DNA of 64,000 nucleotides. Origin: an uncultured Actinomycetota bacterium (lineage in GTDB: Bacteria > Actinomycetota > Actinomycetes > Streptosporangiales > Streptosporangiaceae). Made by a program: the position numbers and the translations under genes. The stretch covers positions 874,206 to 938,205 of the forward strand of contig CAWKKA010000004.1 of assembly GCA_963850105.1 (NCBI GenBank). The letters run 5' to 3'. Every line of letters starts with the position of its first letter. Position 1 is the stretch's first letter. Below the pieces are notes generated by a model. That model did not search any database. It was not told the DNA's origin and saw nothing but the letters and a program-made list of their open reading frames with translations. Positions 46,012 through 54,802 of this stretch are shown here, piece by piece.

Positions 46012-48210
46012 GTGCTCGCTGCGCTGGTACTTGCTGGGATTGTTGCCGCGCCCATCGGAACGGCCGCGCTGCTTGTCCAGTCCCGCCGACGGGTTCGCAC
46101 GTCCGGGACTTGGCCAGCCATCCGGCGATTTGCCTTCGCCGTCGGCGGCACCGCGGTGCTGGGACTCGCCGTAGTCGGCGCGCTGCGGCTCTTCGGCGAT
46201 TCGGAGCACCTGGCCATCGACGGAGCCGCCGGGATCGTCGTCGCCAGCCTGGTGTGGCTGCCGGTGACCAGGCGGTGGAACGCGCGCGGGCACCTGTGCT
46301 GGTCGTCAAGCATCTTCCTGTTCGTCGTGTACCTGGCGTTCGTACTCAAGTGGACGTTCGACAGCCACCTCGGGGTCGCCAGCACGGCCGGCGGACTGCT
46401 GCTGTGGCTCTTCGAGTTGTTCGCCGCGATCCTCGCCTGCGCCTACCTGTGGGAAATCTGCGACGCGCTCGGATCGGAGCACTGGCGCCGGCGGCTGAAC
46501 AGGCCGGACCCGAGCCGCCTCCCCGACAGCGAGCTGCCCTTCGTCAGCCTGCACGTCCCGGCGCACAATGAGCCGCCCGACATGGTGATGGACACGCTCC
46601 GGTCGCTGGCCCGCCTTGACTACCCGCGATACGAGATCATCGTCATCGACGACAACACCGACGACAAGACGCTCTGGCAGCCCGTGGAGGCGTGGTGCCG
46701 ACGGCACGGCGCGAAGTTCGCGCATCTGGAAGACTGGCCCGGCTACAAGTCGGGCGCACTCAACTACGCGCTGCGGGAGATGACCGATCCACGGGCCGAG
46801 GTCATCGGCGTCGTCGACTCTGATTATCAGCTGGAGCCCGGGTTCCTGCGCCGGTGCGCGCCCCTGTTTGCTGATGCCTGGGTGGGATTCACGCAGGCTC
46901 CGCAGGACTACCGCGGCTGGACCCGGTCGCGCTACTACCGCCGCCTCTTCTACTCCTACCAGTACTTCTTCGCGGTCTCGCAGCCCTCACGCAATGAGCG
47001 CGACGGCGCGATCTTTGCCGGGACTATGGGCCTGATCCGCCGCGTCGCCCTTGAGCAGCTTGGCGGCTGGGACGAGTGGTGCATCACTGAAGACGCTGAA
47101 CTGTCGCTTCGGCTGCTGCGCGCCGGCTGGTCTGGCCTGCACGTGGACGAGTCCTGGGGCAAGGGGATCATGCCGCTCACCTTTGAGTCGCTCAAGGGCC
47201 AGCGGTACCGGTGGTGCTTTGGCGGCATCCAGATCCTGCGGATGCACTGGCGGTCGATGCTGCCTGGCCGCGCATCGTCGCAGAACCGGATGAGCACCGG
47301 CCAGCGGTGGTCGTATCTCGCGGGGGCCGTGCAGTGGTACGGCGACCTGCTCGGGCTGGTATTCCTCGTGTTCCTGCTGGCCGGCGCCGCGAACCTGGCC
47401 ACTGGTGGGGGCGAGCTGTTCCGGAAGCTGACCGCTTTCCTGGTTGCCACCGTGCCCGTGCTGGTGCTGCTCGGCCTCGTCCGGGCCGTGGCGCTGCTGC
47501 GTCGCGGTACAGGCGCCTCGTGGCGTGACGCGCTTGGTGCATTCTTCATCTGGCAGTCGACCTCGCTGGTGGTGGCCCGCGCCTCCGTCGTCGCGCTGTT
47601 CGCGCGCAAGGCGGCATTCCTGCGCACGCCTAAGACCAGCGAGAAGGCGAAGTGGTGGGAGGCGCTTCGGGCGAACTGGGCGGAGTCAGCGCTTGCGCTG
47701 CTCGGCTTCATCGGCATCGGCTGCGCGCTGTCGAGGGCAACTGAGCTTGCCGGGCCGCTGCTCGCTGGCCTGCTGCTCTTCCCGACGCTCGGCCTGGCCG
47801 CAGCGCCAGTGAACAGCTGGGCGGCGCAGCGAGCCGCGCTGCCCGCGGACATGCGTGCGTGGCGGACGTCGGAGTGGAAGCGGACGTCGGACCGCCGTGC
47901 GTTCGTCCGGGGCGCCGCCGCCGGGGGCATCCTCACGGTGGGTGCCGTCGTCGTGGCCGCCGTGGCCCTGATGCTGACGCCGAGCAAGCACCCCGTCCAG
48001 CCGCCCAGTCTCGTGACGTCGCAGGGCAACCAGCATGCGCCTGCGCATCAGCACACCCGTCGGCCCTCGCCGGCTGCCACCTCGCCGTCGTCCGCCACGT
48101 CCCCCGGCACCAGCGCGACTCCAACCATCAGCCCATCCCCTGGTACCTCATCGGCCGTATCGCCATCACCAAGCACCAGCCCGACTCCAGGCGCGACGGC
48201 CTCGCCCTGA
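46012..48210 (+). CDS. Processive family-2 glycosyltransferase (cellulose/PNAG-synthase-like) with Pro/Ser/Thr-rich tail
   Basis: IVIDDNTDD, VVDSDY, TEDAELSLRL (TED), QRYRWCFGG (QxxRW). TM helices flank both sides. The C-terminus is SPSSATSPGTSATPTISPSPGTSSAVSPSPSTSPTPG. Confidence 0.85.
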   Translation: MLAALVLAGIVAAPIGTAALLVQSRRRVRTSGTWPAIRRFAFAVGGTAVLGLAVVGALRLFGDSEHLAIDGAAGIVVASLVWLPVTRRWNARGHLCWSSSIFLFVVYLAFVLKWTFDSHLGVASTAGGLLLWLFELFAAILACAYLWEICDALGSEHWRRRLNRPDPSRLPDSELPFVSLHVPAHNEPPDMVMDTLRSLARLDYPRYEIIVIDDNTDDKTLWQPVEAWCRRHGAKFAHLEDWPGYKSGALNYALREMTDPRAEVIGVVDSDYQLEPGFLRRCAPLFADAWVGFTQAPQDYRGWTRSRYYRRLFYSYQYFFAVSQPSRNERDGAIFAGTMGLIRRVALEQLGGWDEWCITEDAELSLRLLRAGWSGLHVDESWGKGIMPLTFESLKGQRYRWCFGGIQILRMHWRSMLPGRASSQNRMSTGQRWSYLAGAVQWYGDLLGLVFLVFLLAGAANLATGGGELFRKLTAFLVATVPVLVLLGLVRAVALLRRGTGASWRDALGAFFIWQSTSLVVARASVVALFARKAAFLRTPKTSEKAKWWEALRANWAESALALLGFIGIGCALSRATELAGPLLAGLLLFPTLGLAAAPVNSWAAQRAALPADMRAWRTSEWKRTSDRRAFVRGAAAGGILTVGAVVVAAVALMLTPSKHPVQPPSLVTSQGNQHAPAHQHTRRPSPAATSPSSATSPGTSATPTISPSPGTSSAVSPSPSTSPTPGATASP

Positions 48211-48251
48211 CCGGCAGCAACGGCAAGGTGACGGTCGGGCCGACCCTCGGC

Positions 48252-48270
48252 CAGCCCGCCGGGCGGGCTG
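48252..48270. terminator. Short GC hairpin between convergent genes
   Basis: cagcccgc cgg gcgggctg (8-bp stem). Confidence 0.3.
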
Positions 48271-48285
48271 CGCTGCATTCAGTGC

Positions 48286-48660
48286 CTAGCCCGCCTGGCG
48301 CGGCTCGGCTGCTCGCAGCGCCTCGCCCAGGCTGGGGTAAACGCCGAACATCGTCGCCACGCCAGTGACCGCGAGGACGCGCTGGAGCGCGGTCCCTCCA
48401 ACTGCCAGCCGGAGCTCACCACCCACGTCATCGGTCTGTCGCAGCGCGCGGACAAGCACATTCAGGCCAGTCGAATCGCAGAACTCAGTGCCCGTCATGT
48501 CCACGATGATGGCGCGCTGCCCGTGGTCGGCGGCCATCAGCAGAGCTGCGCGGAATCGCGCGGCGTTCCCGACGTCAATCTCGTCCGGCGTCGTCACGAC
48601 CGCGAAGCCGTCGACCACCCGGACCGGGAAGTCGCTGAGCGGGGATGCGGACTCGGCCAT
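48286..48660 (-). CDS. STAS-domain anti-sigma-factor antagonist
   Basis: VVTTPDEIDVGNAARFRAALL...IIVDMTGTEFCDSTGLNVLVRA, with Ser retained at the phosphosite. Confidence 0.85.
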   Translation of the reverse strand: MAESASPLSDFPVRVVDGFAVVTTPDEIDVGNAARFRAALLMAADHGQRAIIVDMTGTEFCDSTGLNVLVRALRQTDDVGGELRLAVGGTALQRVLAVTGVATMFGVYPSLGEALRAAEPRQAG

Positions 48661-48909
48661 GCCGTCCTACCAGGAGCGCACAGGGTGATATGCCACGGCT
48701 GATCCTAGTGGCGATGGCCTCCCGCTGGCCAGATCAGCGCGGGGCGCGTCAGGCGGCCACCACGCGGACGAACCAGACGTCCGAGGGATAAGTCCGGTTT
48801 GGCTTGCGAGCGCAGCCCGCTGAGTGCTACCTCTTACTCAGCGGCCAACGACGCCTGACGGCGTGGCCGCCGCGGGTCAAAGGCGCGGCCCGGCACTGTC
48901 CTTCTCTGG

Positions 48910-49410
48910 ATGGGGGTGCTGGCCGTGTCGGATGACCGCGAGCTAGCTGAAGGCGAGGTCGGCAGCGAGGTCGCCGTCGGCGGAAGCGCCCGGCAAGTCG
49001 CCATCGACCCAGCATGGACAGCGATATCGCTGCCTGCCGAGATCGACATCGCGAACGCGGAGCAGGTGCGCGCCGACCTGCTCGCAGCCCTGGACCGCGG
49101 GTGTCCAGTCATCATCGTTGACATGAGCCGCACGTCGTTTTGCGATTGCGCGGGCGTACGCGCTCTGCTGGCCGCTGCCAGCCGGGCCCTACGCGACGGT
49201 GTCGAGATCAGGGTCGTCGCCCGAGCTAGGCCGGTGCTGCGCACGTTTGAGCTCACCGGCATGCAGCTCGCGCTGCACGTGTACCGCACGGCCGCGGACG
49301 CGGTGCGCGGGCCGCCCGAGGTGGTCGGGGGTGCCGCGACGGCGGGTTCGGTGCTCGCCCTCGCGACAGTCGTCCGGCTTAGGCATCCTCGCCGAGCTGA
49401 CCCCGGTTGA
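48910..49410 (+). CDS. STAS-domain protein with Cys-Ala in place of the phosphorylatable Ser/Thr
   Basis: ISLPAEIDIANAEQVRADLL...IIVDMSRTSFCDCAGVRALLAA. The 3' end overlaps the convergent ANTAR gene by 32 nt. Confidence 0.75.
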   Translation: MGVLAVSDDRELAEGEVGSEVAVGGSARQVAIDPAWTAISLPAEIDIANAEQVRADLLAALDRGCPVIIVDMSRTSFCDCAGVRALLAAASRALRDGVEIRVVARARPVLRTFELTGMQLALHVYRTAADAVRGPPEVVGGAATAGSVLALATVVRLRHPRRADPG

Positions 49411-50101
49411 TCTTCCCTGCTACCAGGTCGGCCGCGATGTCCTTCAGCTTCCTGTTGGTGTTCTGCGATAGCCTGCTCAGCCGCTCGAATGCGACATCAG
49501 GCGAGTAGCCATACTCGGCGACCAGGATTCCCTTGGCTTGCTCGATGACGGCGCGCGACTCCAGGGCTATGCGGAGGTTGTCGACTAGCCGTCGGCAATT
49601 GCGGTACATCGTCGCGTTCCGGAGCGCCACACCTCCCTGAGCAGCGAAAAGGAGTGCGAGGTCATGGCCGGTGCCGGCAAAGCAACCCCGTTCCCGTCCG
49701 TAGAGCACGAGAACGCCACCAGGCTCGCGGTCCGTGCGCAACGGCAGCACCAGGCAGCTCAGCAGACCTTCGGTCATCATGGCTGAGCAGATACCGGGCC
49801 ATCTGTCCTCGGTGCTGGCGTCGTCGATCCGCCGTGCCTCGCCGAACCGGAGTGCCTCGGCGACTGGGCCGTTCCCGTTGCCGAGCTGCATCCGGTGGAG
49901 CCCGGCGATCGTCGCGTCTGACGCTGAAAACAACCAGGTGTTGTCTCCGGCCACGACCACGCCAACGGCGGCGCTGCCCGGTACTAGCTCGAGGGAGAGC
50001 GATGACAGCTGCCGCAGTTCAGCATCTGAGCTTTCGTCGGACGCAAGCAGTTCGGCCAGCGCGGCTATCCGCTCGGCAAGCTCCCTCGTTACGGTCACCA
50101 T
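49379..50101 (-). CDS. GAF-ANTAR RNA-binding regulator
   Basis: VIEQAKGILVAEYGYSPDVAFERLSRLSQNTNRKLKDIAADLVAG. The start was trimmed to the ATG at 50101 (MVTVTRELAE). Confidence 0.85.
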   Translation of the reverse strand: MVTVTRELAERIAALAELLASDESSDAELRQLSSLSLELVPGSAAVGVVVAGDNTWLFSASDATIAGLHRMQLGNGNGPVAEALRFGEARRIDDASTEDRWPGICSAMMTEGLLSCLVLPLRTDREPGGVLVLYGRERGCFAGTGHDLALLFAAQGGVALRNATMYRNCRRLVDNLRIALESRAVIEQAKGILVAEYGYSPDVAFERLSRLSQNTNRKLKDIAADLVAGKINRGQLGEDA

Positions 50102-50154
50102 GTCAGCCTCATTTCCGGACGTTCGCAATTGTCCGGCCCGCTCTACCCCGGATC

Positions 50155-50179
50155 GTTTGCCTTGCACATCTCTGGGTAG
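50155..50179 (+). promoter_or_regulatory. SigB/F-type promoter-like motif GTTTGC-N13-GGGTAG
   Basis: gtttgc (50155-50160), a 13-nt spacer, gggtag (50174-50179). It points at the REC-PP2C / HK / REC operon and implies a leader of about 400-450 nt. Confidence 0.35.
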
Positions 50180-50637
50180 CTGGCCACCGGTCCGAGCGGC
50201 CGTCCGCCAGTAACCGGGCAGGCTCCGACCGCCATGGCCGCTGCGGACCGTTTGATATGCGAGCGGCTCTGCAAACCTGCCTGGAGCCGGTGCCAAGGGG
50301 TGATGGCTGTGCAGGCGGTGTTTGGGCGACCACTTCAGTGCTGCCCGGAATTTCCGCGCTGTGCCAGCGCCCTGGCGGACGAACGCGCGAAACGCGATCC
50401 CCGCTCTGTCGCGCATCACCACCGACTGGGATGGGCGCCCGCATGGACGGGCTGCGCGCAGTCACGGCGGCTCTGCCGTATGGCCGGCTTGCCTGGGGAG
50501 ACGATACGGTCGGACAAGCCGGCCGTGCTGAGTACTTTTGACGTTGAGCCACGAACCGAGCTTCGGTCCGCCTTATGCTGGCTCACGCTTGGATCAGGAC
50601 CGGGGCACCTAGTGCCAAAGAGAACGAGCAGGTCGAG

Positions 50638-51879
50638 ATGGTGGCAGAAGGCGTCAGTTCAGGCGGCCCTGCGAGCGCCGCGCTGCCTGACCCCGTCGCG
50701 CCCGAGCGCATGCGCGTGCTACTCATCGAGGACGATGATGGAGACGCGCTACTCGTCGAGGAGCTCCTCCTGGACGCCGGAGAGCCGTTCCTGATGACCA
50801 GGGCGCGCTCCCTCGCGGACGCTCGCCCTGTGGCCGCTGGCGCCGGGTGCGTGCTACTTGACCTCGAGCTGCCCGACTCGCGCGCGCTCCAAGGTGTCCG
50901 GTGGCTCCAGGAAACGTGGCCGAATCTGGCTGTCGTAGTGCTGACCGGACTCGCTGATGAGCACATGGGCGAGGAGGCGGTCGCTGCCGGCGCGCAGGAT
51001 TACCTAGTCAAGGGCCAGGTTGACGGCGTCCTGCTGCAGCGGGTCGTGCGATACGCCGTGGAACGCCAGCGCGCCGAGGAGACGCAGCGGCAGCTGCGGG
51101 AGGCGCAACTCTACGCGGCCGAGAACGCACGGCTAGAGCGCGGCCTGCTGCCGTCGCCGGTTCTGAAGGACCGCCGGCTGGCGGTTGCCGCGCGGTACCG
51201 CTCTGGCGGCCAGCAGATGCTGCTCGGCGGCGACTTCTACGACGTCGTGGAGGCACCCGACGGCTGGGTGCATGCGATGGTCGGTGATGTCTGCGGGCGC
51301 GGCCCGGACGAGGCCGCGCTCGGTGTCTGCCTCCGGGTGGCCTGGCGGACCATGATCCTGGCTGGCAGGCCAGTCGCTGAGACGCTGTCCGCGCTCCAGC
51401 AGGTGCTCGAGCACGAGCGGCAGCACGATCGCTTGTTCGCCACGATCTGCATGCTGTCGGTTGCGCCCGACCGGACCACGGGACGCCTGCGTCTGGCCGG
51501 GCACCCGCCGCCGCTGCTGATCACCGCGGACGACGTCCGCGAGCTCGAAGCCCCGGTTAGTCTGCCCCCCGGCATCACGAATGCCACGGACTGGCCAAGC
51601 GCCCAGGTCGACCTCGGGCAGACCTGGTCAGTCCTGATGTATACAGACGGGCTCATAGAGGGCAAGATCGGCAGCGGGGCGGAGCGGCTCGGGAGCGAAG
51701 GCCTGATCAGGCTCATTGAGAAGCAGCGCGCCCAGGCCGCGGTAGACGGCCCGCCTGACCGGCTCGCCAACGAGCGGCTCATCGACTCAGTCATCAACAT
51801 GGCGCGCGAGCTCAACGGCGGCGATCTCGACGACGACCTGGCCGTCCTGGCCGTGAGCTGCGCGCCGGCAGGTCCATGA
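50638..51879 (+). CDS. Response-regulator receiver fused to PP2C (SpoIIE-type) phosphatase
   Basis: MRVLLIEDDDGDALLV...VLLDLELPD (REC). GGDFYDVVEAPDGWVHAMVGDVCGRGPDEAA...MYTDGLIEG...DDDLAVLAV (PP2C). The start is uncertain (50575, 50638 or 50710). Confidence 0.85.
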   Translation: MVAEGVSSGGPASAALPDPVAPERMRVLLIEDDDGDALLVEELLLDAGEPFLMTRARSLADARPVAAGAGCVLLDLELPDSRALQGVRWLQETWPNLAVVVLTGLADEHMGEEAVAAGAQDYLVKGQVDGVLLQRVVRYAVERQRAEETQRQLREAQLYAAENARLERGLLPSPVLKDRRLAVAARYRSGGQQMLLGGDFYDVVEAPDGWVHAMVGDVCGRGPDEAALGVCLRVAWRTMILAGRPVAETLSALQQVLEHERQHDRLFATICMLSVAPDRTTGRLRLAGHPPPLLITADDVRELEAPVSLPPGITNATDWPSAQVDLGQTWSVLMYTDGLIEGKIGSGAERLGSEGLIRLIEKQRAQAAVDGPPDRLANERLIDSVINMARELNGGDLDDDLAVLAVSCAPAGP

Positions 51880-53606
51880 GCGGCGAACGGGTCGCGCCCC
51901 TGGCGCCTGAGCCGCAGCGGCCCGAATCCGACCGGCCCGAATCCGAGCTGCCCCAGTCGGAGCGATCCCAGTCCCAGCGATCCCAGTCCCAGCGATCCCA
52001 GTCCCGGCGGCCAGACTCCGGGCGGCCGGGGCGGCCGCCGCTCGCGATAGGCCGCTTGGCCGAGGACGCTGCCAGCCGCTGGCCACTTGGCCGGATCATC
52101 GGGGTCGGCATGCTCGCCCTCGGCATCGTGCTGGTCGCGGCCATCGTGATCGGCGCAGTGACGCTGAGTACATTGAGCACGAGCCGCGCCGACGTCGCGC
52201 AGAAGATCGACCCCGCCGCCCTGCATGGCTCACAGCTCTATGCCTCCATGCTCGACCAGGAAACCGGCGTCCGGGGGTATCTGCTCAGCGGTCAGCGCCC
52301 TTTCCTAGCGCCTTATACGGCGGGCGTCGCCGACCAGGCGGTGCAGGTCGCGGCCCTGCGGCCGCTGATAGCCGGGATCCCAGGCGCGCAGCACGATCTC
52401 TCGAGCGCACTGAGTCGTATCGCGGCCTGGCGGTCCAGCTACGCCGAACCGGCCATTCGCACCGTGGCAGCAACCGGCAAGCCGCTGCCCGGCGGCAACG
52501 TCGCCCTAGGGAAGGCCGAGTTCGACAGCGTGCGCGCTCCGCTGGCTGCCTTTCAGGCGGCCCTGGCCGGCCAGCGCGAGCTCGCAGTCGCCCAGCTTGA
52601 CTCGTCGGCATCGGACCTGGACACGATCGGAATTGCCAGCGCCGTTGCGCTGCTCCTGGTGATCGCCGCGCTGGGCGTCGGCTTGCGTACCGCAGCCACC
52701 ACGCCCCTGACCAGGCTGGCCGGCGATGTCCGCCGGGTAGCGGGCGGCGATTTCGACCACGAGGTCGACCCGAGCGGCCCGCGTGAGGTGCATACGCTCG
52801 CGGTCGACGTCAACCAGATGCGCCAGCGCATTCTCCGCGAGCTGTCGGCCGTGCAGACCGCCAACGTCGCCCTCGAGGCTCGGGCGCAGGAACTAGAGCG
52901 TTCGAATGCGGAGCTCGAGCAGTTCGCGTACGTGGCCTCGCACGACCTCCAGGAACCGCTGCGCAAGGTCGCAAGCTTCTGCCAGCTGCTCCAGCGCCGC
53001 TACATCGGCCAGCTCGATGCCAGGGCAGACCAGTACATCGACTTTGCCGTCGACGGCGCCAGGCGGATGCAGGCGCTGATCGACGACCTGCTCGCCTTCA
53101 GCCGGGTCGGGCGGTTCGACCGCGACGCTGCGCTGGTGTCCTGCGCAAGCGCGCTCTCGCAGGCGAGGGTGAACCTCACGAGCGAGATACGCAAATCAGG
53201 CGCCGTGTTCGAGACGTCTGCGCTGCCCGCCGTCCGGGCCGAATTCTCGCTCTTGACGTCGCTGTTCCAGAATCTGATCAGCAATGCGATCAAGTTCCGC
53301 GGCGACCGATCGCCAGTTATCCAGGTCTCGGTGACGCAGCGGGACGACGGGTTCTGGCTGTTCTCGGTCGCCGACAATGGGATCGGCATCGAGGCTGAGT
53401 ACGCCGACCGTATTTTCGTGATCTTCCAGCGCCTGCATGACCGGGCCACATACGCCGGGACCGGCATCGGGCTCTCCATGTGCCGCAAGATTGTCGAGCA
53501 CTATGGTGGGAAAATCTGGCTGGACACTGAGCATCAGGACGGGGCAAAGTTCATGTTCACGTTGCCTGTCACGCCCACTGACGATGAGGAGCCATCGAAT
53601 GTCTGA
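51876..53606 (+). CDS. Sensor histidine kinase (CHASE3-like periplasmic region, HAMP, HisKA, HATPase)
   Basis: LDQETGVRGYLLSG...PY (CHASE3-like), TRLAGDVRRVAGGDFDHEV (HAMP), FAYVASHDLQEPLRKV (H-box), NLISNAIKF...DNGIGI...GTGIGLSMC. The ATGA overlaps the upstream gene. Confidence 0.9.
   Translation: MSGERVAPLAPEPQRPESDRPESELPQSERSQSQRSQSQRSQSRRPDSGRPGRPPLAIGRLAEDAASRWPLGRIIGVGMLALGIVLVAAIVIGAVTLSTLSTSRADVAQKIDPAALHGSQLYASMLDQETGVRGYLLSGQRPFLAPYTAGVADQAVQVAALRPLIAGIPGAQHDLSSALSRIAAWRSSYAEPAIRTVAATGKPLPGGNVALGKAEFDSVRAPLAAFQAALAGQRELAVAQLDSSASDLDTIGIASAVALLLVIAALGVGLRTAATTPLTRLAGDVRRVAGGDFDHEVDPSGPREVHTLAVDVNQMRQRILRELSAVQTANVALEARAQELERSNAELEQFAYVASHDLQEPLRKVASFCQLLQRRYIGQLDARADQYIDFAVDGARRMQALIDDLLAFSRVGRFDRDAALVSCASALSQARVNLTSEIRKSGAVFETSALPAVRAEFSLLTSLFQNLISNAIKFRGDRSPVIQVSVTQRDDGFWLFSVADNGIGIEAEYADRIFVIFQRLHDRATYAGTGIGLSMCRKIVEHYGGKIWLDTEHQDGAKFMFTLPVTPTDDEEPSNV
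51919..52007 (+). repeat. 15-bp in-frame tandem repeats in the kinase N-terminus
   Basis: cggcccgaatccga(c/g) x2 (51919-51948), and cgatcccagtccc(a/g)g x3 (51963-52007) encoding SQSQRSQSQRSQS. Confidence 0.85.
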
Positions 53607-54051
53607 GCGCGAGGGGCTGGAGCTTGTCGACGTCCTGCTAGTGGAGGACGACCCCGGTGACGTGCTCATGACCAGGGAAGCCTTCGAGCACTACCGGATC
53701 CCCAATAGCCTGCACGTAGTCGGCGACGGCGAGCAGGCCATGCACTTCCTGCGCAAGACCGGCGCTTACGCCGACGTACCGACGCCAGGGCTCATCCTGC
53801 TCGACCTGAATCTGCCACGGCGCAACGGGCTTGAAGTCCTGGCCGAGATGAAGGCCGACAGCGAACTACTGGCGATCCCTGTCGTGGTGCTGACCACGTC
53901 CCAGGCGCAGGAGGACATCCTGCGCAGCTACTCGCTGCACGCCAACGCCTACATCAGCAAGCCGGTGGACTTCGAGAAGTTTGTCGCCGCGATCGGGCAG
54001 ATCGACGACTTCTTCCTGACGCTGGTCAAGCTCCCGTACTCGCTCAGCTGA
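53599..54051 (+). CDS. Single-domain response regulator (Rcp1-like)
   Basis: VLLVEDDPGDVLMTREAF...LILLDLNLPRRNGLEVL...VVVLTTS...AYISKPVD. The ATG overlaps the kinase stop (atgtctga). Confidence 0.9.
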   Translation: MSEREGLELVDVLLVEDDPGDVLMTREAFEHYRIPNSLHVVGDGEQAMHFLRKTGAYADVPTPGLILLDLNLPRRNGLEVLAEMKADSELLAIPVVVLTTSQAQEDILRSYSLHANAYISKPVDFEKFVAAIGQIDDFFLTLVKLPYSLS

Positions 54052-54126
54052 CCAACGCGGGAGCAACCGAGCGGCGGCCCGGGCCGGCCGGGGCCGGCCG
54101 AGCATCAGCCCCGGGCGAGGCGGGCC

Positions 54127-54681
54127 CTAGTTGTACCCGGACGCGCTGCGGCGCTCGTCGTAGAGCGGATCGCTTGCCTGGTAAGCGCCCGTCTGTGGCA
54201 TCCGCACCGAGCGGGCCGCGACGCCACTGATCAGTGTGCCGATCGCCACGCCAAGCACGAGGTCGACCACGGCCGTCGCGAGCTTCGCCGTCAGTGGAGC
54301 GCTGGTGCTGAACGGCACCAGCACGGCCAGGACGGTCGCCAGCCCGATGATCCAGCCAAAGAAGGTGAGCGGCCGCGGTGTGCTGAGCAACAGCAGGTGC
54401 ACGAGGCCGGTGGCGATCAGCGCCGCGGCGCCCGCCGACAGCACCAGGCCGGTGGTGTGCGCATCGCCGTAGGCGCCGTCCTGCTTGGGCGCGAGCAGCG
54501 GAATTCCGAATAGCCAGCGGCAGACAAGGACGCCCACGAGGGCCACCAGCCCCGCTACTACCGCTGTGGCGATGCCGCCTGGCCAGAGCCTGCCCGCATC
54601 GACCTGCGGCCGCGGTGTGCGCGGCCGCCCGCTGCCGGGACGATCAGGCTGGCGCTCATTGGGTATCCGGGCCGTAGTCAT
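54127..54681 (-). CDS. Four-TM membrane protein, unknown function
   Basis: GIATAVVAGLVALVGVLVC..., GLVLSAGAAALIATGLVHLLLL..., FFGWIIGLATVLAVLV..., VVDLVLGVAIGTLISGV. Confidence 0.6.
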   Translation of the reverse strand: MTTARIPNERQPDRPGSGRPRTPRPQVDAGRLWPGGIATAVVAGLVALVGVLVCRWLFGIPLLAPKQDGAYGDAHTTGLVLSAGAAALIATGLVHLLLLSTPRPLTFFGWIIGLATVLAVLVPFSTSAPLTAKLATAVVDLVLGVAIGTLISGVAARSVRMPQTGAYQASDPLYDERRSASGYN

Positions 54682-54802
54682 CTGGGTTACTCGCTTCCCG
54701 GCCGCGCACCATGGCGGCTGACTGCTAAATCACCACAGCGCCGGTGTTCAAACGTGCGGCGAGTGGGACTAGGCGTCCGCGGCCGGATCGGGCCTCCGAC
54801 GC

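Noticed and set aside
48661-48909. ANTAR dual-hairpin target or SigB-type promoter in the STAS-STAS spacer
   Set aside because: Hairpins are present (for example ccgctgagt...actcagcgg), but the loops are not hexaloops with the A-x-x-G pattern. The best promoter-like match (GTTGGC-N11-AGGTAG on the minus strand) has two core mismatches.
50109-50794. ORFs 50109..50552(-), 50234..50794(+) and 49654..50541(+) in the ANTAR / REC-PP2C spacer
   Set aside because: They have no RBS, are Arg/Cys/Trp/Pro-rich and overlap one another in different frames. I treated the region as a non-coding leader or promoter region instead.
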